A stretch of 64,000 nucleotides of DNA, from the NCBI GenBank assembly GCA_964016885.1, contig OZ024766.1, forward strand, positions 2,976,001 through 3,040,000. Direction: 5' to 3'. Made by a program: the position numbers and the translations under genes. This document shows positions 33,501 to 46,716 of this stretch, in pieces; the first letter of the stretch is position 1; every line of letters starts with the position of its first letter. The notes below the pieces were generated by a model, which searched no databases, was not told the DNA's origin, and saw only the letters and a program-made list of their open reading frames with translations. The stretch comes from Eledone cirrhosa. Lineage: Eukaryota.

Positions 33501-34564
33501 ATATGATACATCAAATAAAATTGTAATTGACAATATATAATACATAGAAATTGAACAAAGACTGTGTTACACTCTCTTATTTAATCAGTAGCATAATCCA
33601 TGATACATTAAAAAAGACGATATTATATATAAACTGCATTAGGAGAAAATTAGTGTCGGAAATATATGAATGTTTATTTAAGCTGTGGCCAACCGGAAGT
33701 ATTGACATTTCATAAATTTTAAAGAAGTGAATCTTTAAATAAACAAAATATATTTAATCAACAGCCACGAAATTTAGTAGATAAATTATGTAATATTCAT
33801 TCATTATTTATTCAAAGTAATGCAACTTATTTTACTAATGGGATAAAATATTATAAAGCGTACGCAGTCCCGCGATCCTTACTTTATTATAGTTTAGATT
33901 TATTAGGTCAGGTGGATTGGCCAGAACAATTCTACTCTTCTTTTTGAGATCATTAATCTCCAGCTGGACATCCTGAGACATATGATCTATGTAGGTCAAT
34001 CTCAGTCATCCAACTTGGGTCTTACAATGTTTAGGTATCCATCACAATAGCCAGCTCATCCTACCCTCAGTAGCAATGTCCAGCTTATCTTGTCCTCCGC
34101 TCCCTAGTTATTGTGGTAATCTTTGGTATATGTCAGTATATTTCTTCCCCTTGAGTAAAGTATTAAAAAATAAAAATAGTAAAATATATATATATACACA
34201 CACACACAACATATATGTTGAGATGTATAAGATTTCTCAAGCTTCACATTTTATATTCTGCTTCCAAAGTGTATCTATATATGTGTTTTTCATATTTCAC
34301 AGTGATGGAGTTTACCGCAAGTGTTGACTACGTAGGTGAACAAGCATTGACGAATTCTGAGTGACAGATTTCCCACATATTTCACAATGGAAGAGTTTTT
34401 CACCAGTGTGTATTCTTTTGTGTTGTTCAAGATGAGAACTTTTAGAAAAAGATTTCCCACATATTTCACATGAATAAGGTTTTTCACCAGTGTGTATTCC
34501 TTTCTGAAGTTCAAGATGATAACGAGAAAAAGATTTACCACATATTTCACATGAAATTAGGTTT

Positions 34565-35494
<930 letters not shown>

Positions 35495-38400
35495 TCATAA
35501 AGGAATCTCACCACTTCCACTCATATATTAAGAAATGTAGCATTCAGTTGGTAAAGTAATAAGATGTATGACAGCGTAAGACTGATCTTGGAAGAAGAAA
35601 AAGCAAGTGCTAATATATATATATATATGTGTGTATGTGTATATATATATATATTATTATTTTTGTTAAGGTGAGAGAAGCTCTATTCACAATAAAATCC
35701 TCAGCTCATAAAACAAACGAATAAGTCTTCGTAATTTAAGGTTCTTGTTATAGACGACAGTTCAGGTGACAAGAGAATTAATATCCATAATTTCAAAAGA
35801 TGAAGGTTAATATATATACATATATATATACAGACATACAGTGTGTACGTATGAGAGAGAGAAATAGACGTGTGTGTGTGTAAGTGTTGTAATAAATTAA
35901 GATATTTCACTTCAGATAGAAAAGTTCACAATGTTTGTGTTGTGATGAAAAAGGAAATAATACGAACTCTAGTTTTCAAGACCAAATATAAAGTCAAGAA
36001 AAGTTAGTAAAAACTAAATGTTCACTGATTTCTGATTAAAATAATATTTTCCTGTCCCGGAAAATGTTGAACAACCCCTTCAATATTTAATAATACAGGT
36101 GATAAAACAACAACTATAAGGTAAATAAGTCACCGTATGTTATTTACAAACATTAACGTCCACCTTAATATGAAATAATCACCATAAAAGATAAAATTAG
36201 ATGAGGTTTAAGTTGTAACACTGGAGCAGATATAAATGGTAATATTTCACCGTCTAGTCGGTGTCATGACTTAAAAGTCCCCTACATAATTTAATACATT
36301 CAGAAACAACTTCCGTTATGTTAATTCTCACCTTCAATCAATGTGTTAGTAATTTATTCAGATTTGTATAAATAACATTATTAATTTTAAATAACTGTTC
36401 ATATTAAAACAAAACACATTATTAAAGGTAATAAAACATTTAAAAAATGGAAATGAAAAGAAGAAAAACAAAAACATGAGAGGCCTGTGGAATGATGTGT
36501 CTTGCTTAAGGACACAATGTACCTCCCTGGAATGTTAGCAAATAAATAAATGGATGAATATACAAAAAAGAAAACAGGGCGTTGTTCCCAGCGGGAAGAC
36601 CCACAGTTCAGCACGCCTACATGCGAGCATGTTAGCAGTTTCTCTTAGAACCTTGTGGCTAAAGGTGAGTCTTTCAATCCTGAAAACATGTGTTATTGTT
36701 ATTGTCACTGATGATGGCGTTGGCTTCCTCTTCTTAATGGTAGTGGTAGGATTTGTTGGTGTATACACATGTGTTGTTGATGTTAATGTCACCGCTGCTG
36801 TCGCTGCCTTCCTCTTGTTGATGGTATTTGAAACTACTACCTATTCAGGCTGCCAGGCTGGTTGCTGGGGCTTGAACACCTTCTTTAACCAAAGATGTGG
36901 GATCATTGTTGTCACTGTTTCTGTCGTTGCCTTCCTCTTGTTAATGGTAGTGATAATTGTTGGTGCTACCTATATCGGCTGTCAAGCTGGCTGCTGTATC
37001 AGCTTCTGTGAGTGACGCTCCAATGGCCTTCTTCACCAAAGAAGCAGGTCAATGGCTTTTGGCATCGTTTGTCAACACAATGGCAAATAAATATATTCTC
37101 TATTTTGTTTTTCTTTCTTTCTAATCTGATTCAATATGGAAAGACCAATGGAAACATTGTTTCCTTGGTCCAATCTGATGAGTTCCACTCCACTTGGTAA
37201 GTAAGAACTAAGATGTTGAGATTTATTACAAAAAAAATCACTAAAATCAAGATACTGAGTTGGTATAACTACCTGGTTTGTATGTGTCTGTTGTGGTGTG
37301 GTGTGTTGTGGTGTTTTGATGTGGTGTGTGTGTGTGTGCAGGGTGATGTGTTGTTGTCTGTGTGCAGGGTGATGTGTTGTGTGTGTGTAGTGTAAAGAGG
37401 AAATTTTACACACATAGAACCTAGAAGGGGTGTGTGAGAACTCTACCCCCTACAGCCCTCTCAGAAATAAATGCGTGAAGAAAAAGAGAAGAAAGTTGTA
37501 AAGTATTTTCAAATGTGAATTATTTTTTTAAAAAGTCAAAATTTCAACTGTCATGAAAGTACCATCCAACAAATATTAAAGTTATGCAATTGTTTTTATT
37601 TACACATGTGGATATTTTGTCATAAATATAAATATAAACCAGTTAAGGTTTACAAAATAAACATATAAATACATCAATGTTTTTTTTCTTTTTAAATGAT
37701 GTAGTCGTAAGGGTGTCACTGTGGACATTTGAAGCTTGGTGGAACCCTTCACTCTCCAGGTTTGAACAGTTTATTTCTTCCAGAGAAGGAGAGACAATAA
37801 GAGGGAGGAAGTGAGATAGAAATATAGAGGAAGAACAGACCCCAGTGATAGACTGGTATTGTTTTTATCAATATATATACATGTAGATATGATACATCAA
37901 ATCAAAATTGTAATTGACAATATATAATACATAGAAATTGAACAAAGACTGCCTTACACTGTCTTATTTAATTAGTAACATAATCCATGATACATTAAAA
38001 AAAACGATATTATATATAAACTGCATTAGGAGGAAATTAGTGACGGAAATATATGAATGTTTATTTAAGCGATGGCTAACCGGAAGTGTTGACATTTCAT
38101 AAATTTTAAAGAAGTGAATCTTTAAATAAACAAAATATATTTAATCAACAGCCACGAAATTTAGTAGATAAATTATTTATTCAAAGTAATGCAACTTATT
38201 TTACTAATGGGATAAAATATTATAAAGTGTACGCAGTCCCGTGCTTCTTCCTTTATTATAGTTTAGATTTATTTGGTCAGGTGGATTGGCCAGAACAATT
38301 CTACTCTTCTTTTTTAGATGTCACGATCTTCCATGGCATTCCTGAGATCATTAATCTCCAGCTGGACATCCTGAGATATCTGATCTATGTAGGTCAATCT

Positions 38401-38777
38401 CAGTCATCCCACTTGGGTCTTACAATGTTTAGGTATCCACAACAATAGCTAGCTCATCCTACCCTCAGTAGCAATGTCCAGCATATCTTGTCCTCCACTC
38501 CCTAGTTATTGTGGTAATCTTTGATATATGTCAGTATATTTCTTCCCCTTGAGTAATGTATTAAAAAATAGAAATAATAAAATATATATATACACACACG
38601 CACACACAACATATATGTTGAGATGTATAAGATTTCTCAAGCTTCATATTTTATATTCTGCCTTCCAAAGTGTGTCTATATATTTGTGTTTTTCATATTT
38701 CACAGTGATGGGGTTTACTGCAAGTGTTGACTACGTAGGTGAACAACCAGTGACGAATTCTCATTGAAAGATTTACC

Positions 38778-39728
38778 TCATATTTCACATGAATAAGGTT
38801 TTTCACCAGTATGTATTCTTATGTGACGTACAAGATTAGAACTATTAGAAAAAGATTTCCCACATATTTCACATGAATAAGGTTTTTCTCCTGTGTGCTT
38901 TTTTTTGTGCTTTACAAGATTGTACTTCTGGGTGAAAGATTTCCCACATATTTCACAATGGAAGGGTTTTTCACCAGTGTGTGTTCTTTTGTGAAGTTCA
39001 TGATGAGAACTACAAGAAAAGGATTTCCCACATATTTCACAATGGAAGGGTTTTTCACCAGTGTGTATTCTTTTGTGAAGTTCAAGATTAGAACTATGAG
39101 AAAAAGATTTCCCACATATTTCACAATGGAAGGGTTTTTCACCAGTGTGACTCCGTATATGGACGACAAGATTAGAATTATCAGTAAAAGATTTCCCACA
39201 TATTTCACAATGGAAGGGTTTTTCACCAGTGTGTATTCTTTTGTGAAGTTCAAGATGAGAACTACAAGAAAAAGATTTCTCACATATTTCACAATGGAAG
39301 GGATTTTCACCAGTGTGTATTCTTTTGTGACATTGAAAATTAGAACTACGAGAAAAAGATTTCCCACATATTTCACAATGGAAGGGTTTTTCACCAGTAT
39401 GTATCCTTTTGTGAAGTTCAAGATGAGAACTCTGAGAAAAAGATTTCCCACATATTTCACAATGGAAGGGTTTTTCGCCAGTATGTATTCTTTTGTGACG
39501 TTCAAGATGAGAACTCTGAGAAAAAGATTTCCCACATATTTCACATGAATAAGGTTTTTCTCCAGTGTGCTTTCTTTTGTGCTTTACAAGATTGTACTTC
39601 CGGGTGAAAGATTTCCCACATATTTCACAGTGGAAGGCTTTTTCTCTACTGTGTATTTTCTCGTGTGAGGATAGTTTCAGTTTTGAAGAGAAAGTTTTTC
39701 TGCAAATCTCACAGCTATATTCAGACAT
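38778..39728 (-). CDS. Poly-C2H2 zinc-finger protein, subfamily C, 11 fingers; TGA at the second Cys of finger 12
   Basis: 316-aa ORF ending YSCEI*. Confidence 0.88.
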   Translation of the reverse strand: MSEYSCEICRKTFSSKLKLSSHEKIHSREKAFHCEICGKSFTRKYNLVKHKRKHTGEKPYSCEICGKSFSQSSHLERHKRIHTGEKPFHCEICGKSFSQSSHLELHKRIHTGEKPFHCEICGKSFSRSSNFQCHKRIHTGENPFHCEICEKSFSCSSHLELHKRIHTGEKPFHCEICGKSFTDNSNLVVHIRSHTGEKPFHCEICGKSFSHSSNLELHKRIHTGEKPFHCEICGKSFSCSSHHELHKRTHTGEKPFHCEICGKSFTQKYNLVKHKKKHTGEKPYSCEICGKSFSNSSNLVRHIRIHTGEKPYSCEI

Positions 39729-39872
39729 ATTTCATAAAGGAATCTCACCACTTCCACTCATATATTAAGAAATGTAGCATTCAGTTGGTAAAGTAATAAG
39801 ATGTATGACATCGTAAGACTGATCTTGGAAGAAGAAAAAGCAAGTACTAATATATATATATATATATGTGTG

Positions 39873-39909
<37 letters not shown>

Positions 39910-40678
39910 TTTGTTAAGGTGAGAGAAGCTCTATTCACAATAACATCCTCAGCTCATAAAACAAACGAATAAGTCTTCGTAATTTAAGGTTCTTGTTATT
40001 GACGACAGTTCAGGTGACATGAGAATGAATATCCATAATTTCAAAAGATGAAGGTTAATATATATACATATACAGACATACAGTGTGTAGGTATGAGAGA
40101 GATAAATAGACGTGTGTGTGTAGAAATATGTATGTAGGTGTTGTAATAAATTAAGATATTTCACTTCAGATAGAAAAGTTCACAATGTTTGTGTTGTGAT
40201 GGAAAACGAAATAATACGAACTTTAGTTTTCAAGACCAAATATAAAGTCAAGAAAAGTTAGTAAAAACTAAATGTTCACTGATTTCTGATTAAAATAATA
40301 TTTTCCTGTCCTGTAAAATGTTGAACAACCACTTCAATATTTAATAATACAGGTGATAAAACAACAACTATAAGGTAAATAAGTCACCTTATGTTATTTA
40401 CAAACATTAACGTCCACCTTAATATGAAATAATCACCATAAAAGATAAAATTAGATGAGGTTTAAGTTGTAACAATGGAGCTGATATAAATGGTAATATT
40501 TCACTGTCTAGTTGACACCGGTGTCATGACTTAATAGTCCCCTATATAATTTAGTACATTCAGAAACAACTTCCGTTATCTTAATTCACACGTTCAATCT
40601 ATTTTTCCTTAAACTCCAACTAATGCTGCTACTCAGCTTTTTTTCAGCTGTATTGATTGGAGACACGTGAAATGAAGC

Positions 40679-40710
<32 letters not shown>

Positions 40711-41000
40711 CCCTTTACAGACTGAGTTCAAATCCCGTCGTGGTTAACTTTACCAGTAATGCACTGGATAATTGCTGGCCTTGTGCCATAAGAAGAAACA
40801 TATATATATATATATATATATATAAGCATCATTTCAGGTATCTCCAATCAGTTGACCTGAAAAAGCTATATATGTTAGCAGAAATATATGATTGAGAACA
40901 CAAAACGCTTGAATTTTATTCTTTACTCCATAGTTCATCTAAAAGGGTAACATTCGTTTTCTGATGGAAGGAATTAAATAAGATGTATATACCTCCGTAG

Positions 41001-41047
<47 letters not shown>

Positions 41048-41078
41048 AGATCAAAAGATGGTTAAAGGAGTTCAATAT

Positions 41079-41147
41079 ATTTTATTATGCGCATTTCAAA
41101 AACAAACATCATCAAACAATAATATTTGTGTTTTCATCAGATAAAAC
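41079..41147 (-). ncRNA. Minimal type I hammerhead ribozyme motif (mirror copy)
   Basis: Reverse complement of 41266-41334. Confidence 0.75.
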
Positions 41148-41265
41148 AGGAGAACATGATATGAAGGCTAAAAAAACACTTGTTGATAGTGCAGTTTTAA
41201 ATCAACATATCAACATATCAACAATATCAACAAGTGTTTTTTTAGCCTTCATATCATGTTCTCCT

Positions 41266-41334
41266 GTTTTATCTGATGAAAACACAAATATTATTGTTTG
41301 ATGATGTTTGTTTTTGAAATGCGCATAATAAAAT
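41266..41334 (+). ncRNA. Minimal type I hammerhead ribozyme motif
   Basis: Stem I GTTTTAT/ATAAAAT; CTGATGA at 41273; long stem II 41280-41315; GAAA at 41316; palindromic stem III ATGCGCAT; predicted cleavage after AUA at 41327. Confidence 0.78.
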
Positions 41335-41456
41335 ATATTGAACTCCTTTAACCATCTTTTGATCTTATATTATGCATACTCCAGTCCCACAAACTGTAGA
41401 GTGCTTCTTATCCGATATCTGCATTGCTTTATTGTACTACAATAAAACTCACCTCC

Positions 41457-41492
<36 letters not shown>

Positions 41493-41500
<8 letters not shown>

Positions 41501-41720
41501 TAACAGATTAAAGTTTAAGCAAAGAATCGCTGCTTTCACCCTTAACGGGATCTTCTGAAGATCCCGTTAAGGGTGAAAGCAGCGATTCTTTGCTTAAACT
41601 TTAATCTGTTATTTTAATAAATATTTGCTCTACGGTTCTTATATATTTTATATATATTTATCCTTATCGAGCCCTCTTTGGATTTTAGTCTTCAAATTTA
41701 TTATTATTACTATTATTACT
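41493..41720. mobile_element. Fold-back element (63-bp perfect arms around T41556, plus tail) in (TA)n, with a partial hammerhead-like core
   Basis: 41493-41555 is the reverse complement of 41557-41619. CTGAAGA-TCCCGTTAAGGGT-GAAA begins at the axis. Confidence 0.65.
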
Positions 41721-41879
41721 ATATATATATATATATAATAATTATTATTGTTTATCCTTCAACCTTTAAGTGTAAACATACCGTTACTGCCCCGGCTCCA
41801 TAAAGACCCATTAATAAGTGTAAATAGATATCGAGACCTCTATTAACAGTTTAAATCTGCCTTTGCATCTATATATTCA

Positions 41880-41963
41880 CATATCTGAAGAGATGTCAAA
41901 TAAAGCGTCGGGTCGCGTCATCTTGATTGTACCCTAACCTCATATCCAAACAATTGTAATATG
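41880..41963 (+). ncRNA. Degenerate minimal hammerhead motif (G12 to C), probably inactive, in a pLTR-like relic at ~41740-42120
   Basis: CATAT-CTGAAGA-GATGT...ATATC-CAAA-CAATTG-TA-ATATG; stem I CATAT/ATATG; palindrome ACAATTGT. Confidence 0.6.
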
Positions 41964-42159
41964 CCAATAAAGTTTGTACTTATGCTGCAACACTGACTTC
42001 GATTCTTTTCAATCTACACTCTGTTTTTACTGCAGTAACCCTGGAATACATCCTAAACGAGACGAACCCCGCAACAGCATTGAGTCCTCCGAACGGTGCG
42101 TAACTGTAGTTACACACCTAACTATCACATACATACACAGACATATATTTACATATACA

Positions 42160-42395
42160 CACGTATGGGCAACCTGCGGCCCGCGAAGCTTTCTGAATGG
42201 CTCACCTAAGTCACCAAGTGAAATCTTTTTCTATAATGTTTACGATCGAGCAAAACAACGTGTACGAATTAAGAGGAAACAAATCAAAACAACCTGAGTT
42301 ACCGCCCCTGTTTTTTTAAGTTAGCCCTTATGGCCCGCCTGATGATGAGCCATATCTCATGCGGGCCGCTTCTCGAGAAAGGTTGCCCATGCCTG
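42160..42395. mobile_element. hAT (Charlie-like) non-autonomous element
   Basis: TIRs CACGTATGGGCAACCT / AGGTTGCCCATGCCTG with subterminal GCGGCCCGC / GCGGGCCGC. The 8-bp TSD is not clear. Confidence 0.7.
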
Positions 42396-43073
42396 GTATA
42401 TATAGATGCACATATATACGTTGGGTAGCACCTGTGTGTGTGTTTATGTCTCACAAGATAGTGTTTCGATTTTGAAAAATGTTCGATAAAGTATTTTAGG
42501 AGATGAACAAATTGTTTGATAAGCAAAGCAACATACACACTCACTCTCTTTTCTGGAAGAAATTGACTTTGAAACCAATCCCGTCGAGGGTAGCTCCTCC
42601 TTTCATCCTTACGAGGTCTATAAGACAAAGTACCGGTAACGCACTAAAGAAGATTTATTTACTACCCCTCCACCAAAACTATTGTCGTTGTCCCTAAATC
42701 AGAAACAGTTGTTACATACGACTGTGAGGTGGGTTTTATCATAAAAATGTACCTTAAGTTCAATTACAATAATTTTTTTAATAACATTTACGAAAATATT
42801 TAGGCGAGGAGGGACACAAACCCTGTTGTAGCATGTAATTGAGTGAGTATATCTTGTCACTATTTAGTTGACTGCTTTTCTTTCGTAAATTGTATTTATG
42901 ACAAGGATAAAGATCTCATAACTCTTTGTAGAACTGTAGAGGCTCCATCAAATGGTGTGTCTAGGGCACTTTTAAATCTGCCAGAGCCCACCCTCTCCAG
43001 GTCTGAACACAGCCGATTTTTTTCTATAAAGGAAGAATTTACCCCAGTATTGGACTGGTACATATATATGTAT

Positions 43074-43105
<32 letters not shown>

Positions 43106-43329
43106 AAAGTATTAAGATCCCATAATTCCTTCTGATGTCATAGAGGCACCACCATACGGCGTGACAAGGGCACTTTTAAACCTGGTGGAGGCCAGCTCTC
43201 TCTCGGTCTAAACACAACCGATTTTTTTCCATAGAGGAAAGAATTGACCCCAGTACTGGGCTGGTCCTTTTTTTTTTATCAACCTCGAAGGATGGAAGAA
43301 AAGTTTACCTCAGCAGGATTTGAACTCAG

Positions 43330-43610
43330 AGCTGTACGGGAGCCTCCCAAAGGTCAGCTCAAAAGTGACACAGAGGAGACTGAGGTTAGCTGGACATGCT
43401 CACCTACAGCCAGAGTTGACATTGCACTCAGTGCTCCTGTGGGAGCCCCTACATGGACACACTGGAAGAGGAAGACCAAGGTTAACATATGTTGATGCCC
43501 TAAGGACAGACATTGGTCTGTTGGAGACGCAGGACATGGCAGTGATAATGAGGGACAGAGACCGCTGGAGAGAACTCGTCCATGGATCTCGGAAATTTTA
43601 CCCGCCCTAG
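43330..43610 (+). mobile_element. RTE-clade LINE 3' fragment
   Basis: Translation RRLRLAGH...LLWEP.HG..GRGRPRLTYVD.L..D is typical of RTE ORF C-termini; a simple-repeat tail follows. Confidence 0.85.
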
Positions 43611-43671
43611 AAAAATGTACATATGTATATACATATGTATATATATGTATGTATATACATATGTATGTATA

Positions 43672-44035
43672 TACGCAGGGACATAGAAATAGTCGGGCTG
43701 GACACCCGATCACGCGGTTAAACCACTGGGAGTGAAGGACCCCTAGCCTTTCCCAGGGCATTCTTCTAGGAGAAGACAACTCAGGAAACTGGGATCACTC
43801 CGATATAAAACCTGCGGCTCAGTAGTTACCAATGATGTTGATCTTTTCTTCTTTCCGGGTTATAGCTACTGTCTCTCAGAGAGTGGGATTGGCTCAGTGC
43901 ACAGTCTTTCCTCACTTTAAAAAATATCTTCATGCACAGGCATTGCACGATAGAATTAATTAATAATTATTAATAATGGTATATCGTGCAATGGTCATAC
44001 TCGATAACGAGGGGGAAGCCATCATGTATGTATTT
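43672..44035 (+). mobile_element. Possible RTE-related non-autonomous (bipartite) retroelement
   Basis: GC-richer island between simple repeats. CTAGGAGAAGACAACTC..TAAAACC resembles RTE 5' UTR motifs; internal hairpin CATTGCACGATA/TATCGTGCAATG. Confidence 0.35.
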
Positions 44036-44201
44036 ATATGTACGTAAAAGGTAAATATAAATAACACAACCGGTACAGTGTATGGAAGGAATATATTAGT
44101 TTAACGCTTGAAATAGCAGGAAGGTCTTAATGTTCAGAAGTGAGTCCTTCATGTGAATGTATATGCATGTGTGTATGTATGTATATATATATGAATATTT
44201 G

Positions 44202-44232
<31 letters not shown>

Positions 44233-44784
44233 ATACATTTATGTTTAGTGGTTCACCAATGGTTAGAACTGGTCATTCAGTTTAGTTAACCATGATGTAT
44301 TAGTAGGAAAAGCACTCAACATTGATGTTGAATCTTGTGCTTGGTGCAATAACATAGCTGAATATTAGTTTGATTAAAACAACAGGAGGCTGGATTAGGT
44401 ATGTCCTTTTAAAGTTTTATTGTTGCAAAAAACATTATATATATTTCTTTGACCTGGTTACTTACTCAGTGCTGATTGGGTCACCTGTGTAACAAAAGCA
44501 GCCAACAATTTCTAAGGATCACCCTTTGCAGCTAAGGGTATAAATTTCACATGTGCTGCATATAAAGTCCGAACCTGCCTGCAATCACATTGCATTTCCC
44601 TGTGTGCCCTTTATGCTAATTTTCCTCACCCTTTTCCCACACATCAATCAAGGGCACCTCAATGATAAAATCAGGTGATAGAGGCTCCTTCAGTCAGACA
44701 TTACAACGGGGGATATTTGTGTTATAATCTAACATTTCTGAGACAAGATGAAACACACAGCATTACTCAGGTGATAGAGGGGCA

Positions 44785-45336
44785 ACACATATTTCACAGT
44801 GATGTTGTTTGTGTCCAGTGTGTTTGTTTCTGCTTATTTAAATCACTGCACCTGACAAAATATTTCTCATATTTCACAATGGAAGTGTTTCTTCTTTTGT
44901 GAACAGTTAAACTACTGTTTTCAAGGAAACATTACCCACACATTTCACAGTGACAGGGTTTTTCTCCAGTGTTACTACGTATGTCTCCAACAAGATGAGA
45001 ATTTCAAGGTATCAATTTACCACATATTTCACAGTGATGTTGTTTATTCCCAGTGTGTTTATTTCTGTTTATTTAAATCCCTGCAACTCACATATTTCAC
45101 AACAGAAGTGTTTTTCTCCAGTGTCACTATGTATATTGTCAAGATTAGATTTACTAGTGAAAGACTTACTACATAATGATATTGATTCTCTCCAGTGTGT
45201 GTACTTTTGTGAACAATTAAATGAGAGCTACAGCCAAAACATTTCCCACATATTTTTCAATGGAAAGGTTTTTCTCCAGTGTGAACCTTTATGCACTGTT
45301 AAATCACTGGTTTTAATAACAGATTTATTACATACT
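44785..45336 (-). pseudogene. Shortened fossil finger array 3' of a family-A gene
   Basis: Collinear with ~1270-1830 and ~20730-21300. Confidence 0.8.
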
Positions 45337-46716
45337 TCACAATGATAGGGCTTTTTCCCCAGTGTCACAACATATATGGCTGTAATTCTGAGTGAAAGAT
45401 TTCCCACATATTTCACAATGGAAGGGTTTCTCTCCAGTGTGTGTTCTTTTGTGTCTAGATAAGTCATTTTTTGAAAGAAGAGATTTCCCACATATTTCAC
45501 AATGAAAGAGTTTCTCTCCAGTGTGTCTTTTTTTGTGTGTAGTCAAATAACTCCTTCTAACAAAACATTTCCCACATATTTCACAATGGAAGGGTTTCTC
45601 TCCAGTGTGTGTTCGTTTATGTGTAGTTAAAGTAGAGCTTTGGAGAAAAGATTCCCCACATATTTCACAATGGAAGGGTTTTTCTCCAGTGTGTGTTCGT
45701 TTATGTGTAGTTAAATGACTGCTCTTAACAAAATATTTCCTACATATTTCACAATGGAAGGGTTTCTCTCCAGTGTGTGTTCTTTTGTGTGTAGTTAAAA
45801 TAGAGCTTTGGCGAAAAGATTTCCCACAGATTTCACAATGGAAGGGTTTCTCTCCAGTGTGTGTTCTTTTGTGTATAGTTAAAGTGCTCCTCCTAACAAA
45901 ATATTTCCCACATATTTCACAATGGAAGGGTTTCTCTCCTGTGTGTGTACTTTTGTGTGTAGTCAAATTAGACCTATGGACAAAAGATTTCCCACATATT
46001 TCACAAAGGAAGGGTTTCTCTCCTGTGTGTGTACTTTTGTGTGTAGTCAAATTAGACCTATGGACAAAATATTTCCCACATACTTCACAATGGAAGGGTT
46101 TCTCTCCAGTGTGTGTACTTTTGTGTGTAATTAAAGTAGAGCTTTGGAGAAAAGATTTCCCACATATTTCACAATGGAAGGGTTTCTCTCCAGTGTGTGT
46201 TCTTATGTGTCTCGATAAATTGCTGTTAGACATAAAAGATTTCCCACATATTTCACAATGGAAAGGTTTCTCTCCAGTGTGGCTACAAATGTGGTTAACA
46301 AGATTGGATTTCTCAGTGAAAGATTTCCCACATATTTCACAGTCGAAGGGTTTCTCTCCTGTGTGTGTTCTTTTGTGTTGTGACAGAGTAGAGCTATCAC
46401 CAAAATATTTCCCACATATTTCACATTTGAAGGGTTTCTCTCCTCTGTGTGTTCTTTTGTGTCTACATAAATCACTGTTACAGACAAAAGATTTCCCACA
46501 TGTCTCACAGTATTTGTGTGTAGATAAATCATCTTCTGATGAGAAAGTTTTCCTACAAATGTCACAGCTATATTCAGGAATATTTCTGTGTAATGATCCT
46601 TGTTCAGTACACGTTTTACTAGATAAAGGTATCTCCCCACTGTATGAGTGTGTAACTGTCTCTATATTGGTAGAGACAGGTGTGGTAGAAATGTCCAAGG
46701 GTTTAACGTCTTCCAT
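45337..46716 (-). CDS. Poly-C2H2 zinc-finger protein, family A, 13 intact fingers plus degenerate first and last fingers
   Basis: 459-aa ORF starting MEDVKP. Confidence 0.9.
   Translation of the reverse strand: MEDVKPLDISTTPVSTNIETVTHSYSGEIPLSSKTCTEQGSLHRNIPEYSCDICRKTFSSEDDLSTHKYCETCGKSFVCNSDLCRHKRTHRGEKPFKCEICGKYFGDSSTLSQHKRTHTGEKPFDCEICGKSFTEKSNLVNHICSHTGEKPFHCEICGKSFMSNSNLSRHIRTHTGEKPFHCEICGKSFLQSSTLITHKSTHTGEKPFHCEVCGKYFVHRSNLTTHKSTHTGEKPFLCEICGKSFVHRSNLTTHKSTHTGEKPFHCEICGKYFVRRSTLTIHKRTHTGEKPFHCEICGKSFRQSSILTTHKRTHTGEKPFHCEICRKYFVKSSHLTTHKRTHTGEKPFHCEICGESFLQSSTLTTHKRTHTGEKPFHCEICGKCFVRRSYLTTHKKRHTGEKLFHCEICGKSLLSKNDLSRHKRTHTGEKPFHCEICGKSFTQNYSHICCDTGEKALSL

Larger units (their letters stand above)
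41041..41460. mobile_element. Fold-back element (148-bp arms at 41041-41188 and 41225-41372, plus a unique tail) in (TA)n; probable Penelope-like inverted pLTR remnant
   Basis: The arms read as exact reverse complements, (TA)n flanks both sides, and each arm has a hammerhead motif. Confidence 0.75.

Noticed and set aside
40985-41010. Tiny hairpin TATATACCT..AGGTATATA
   Set aside because: Too short and largely TA-derived to interpret.
43725-43800. Possible HDV-like ribozyme in the RTE-like element
   Set aside because: P3 (GCC/GGC) is possible, but L3, P1.1 and J4/2 do not fit the consensus.
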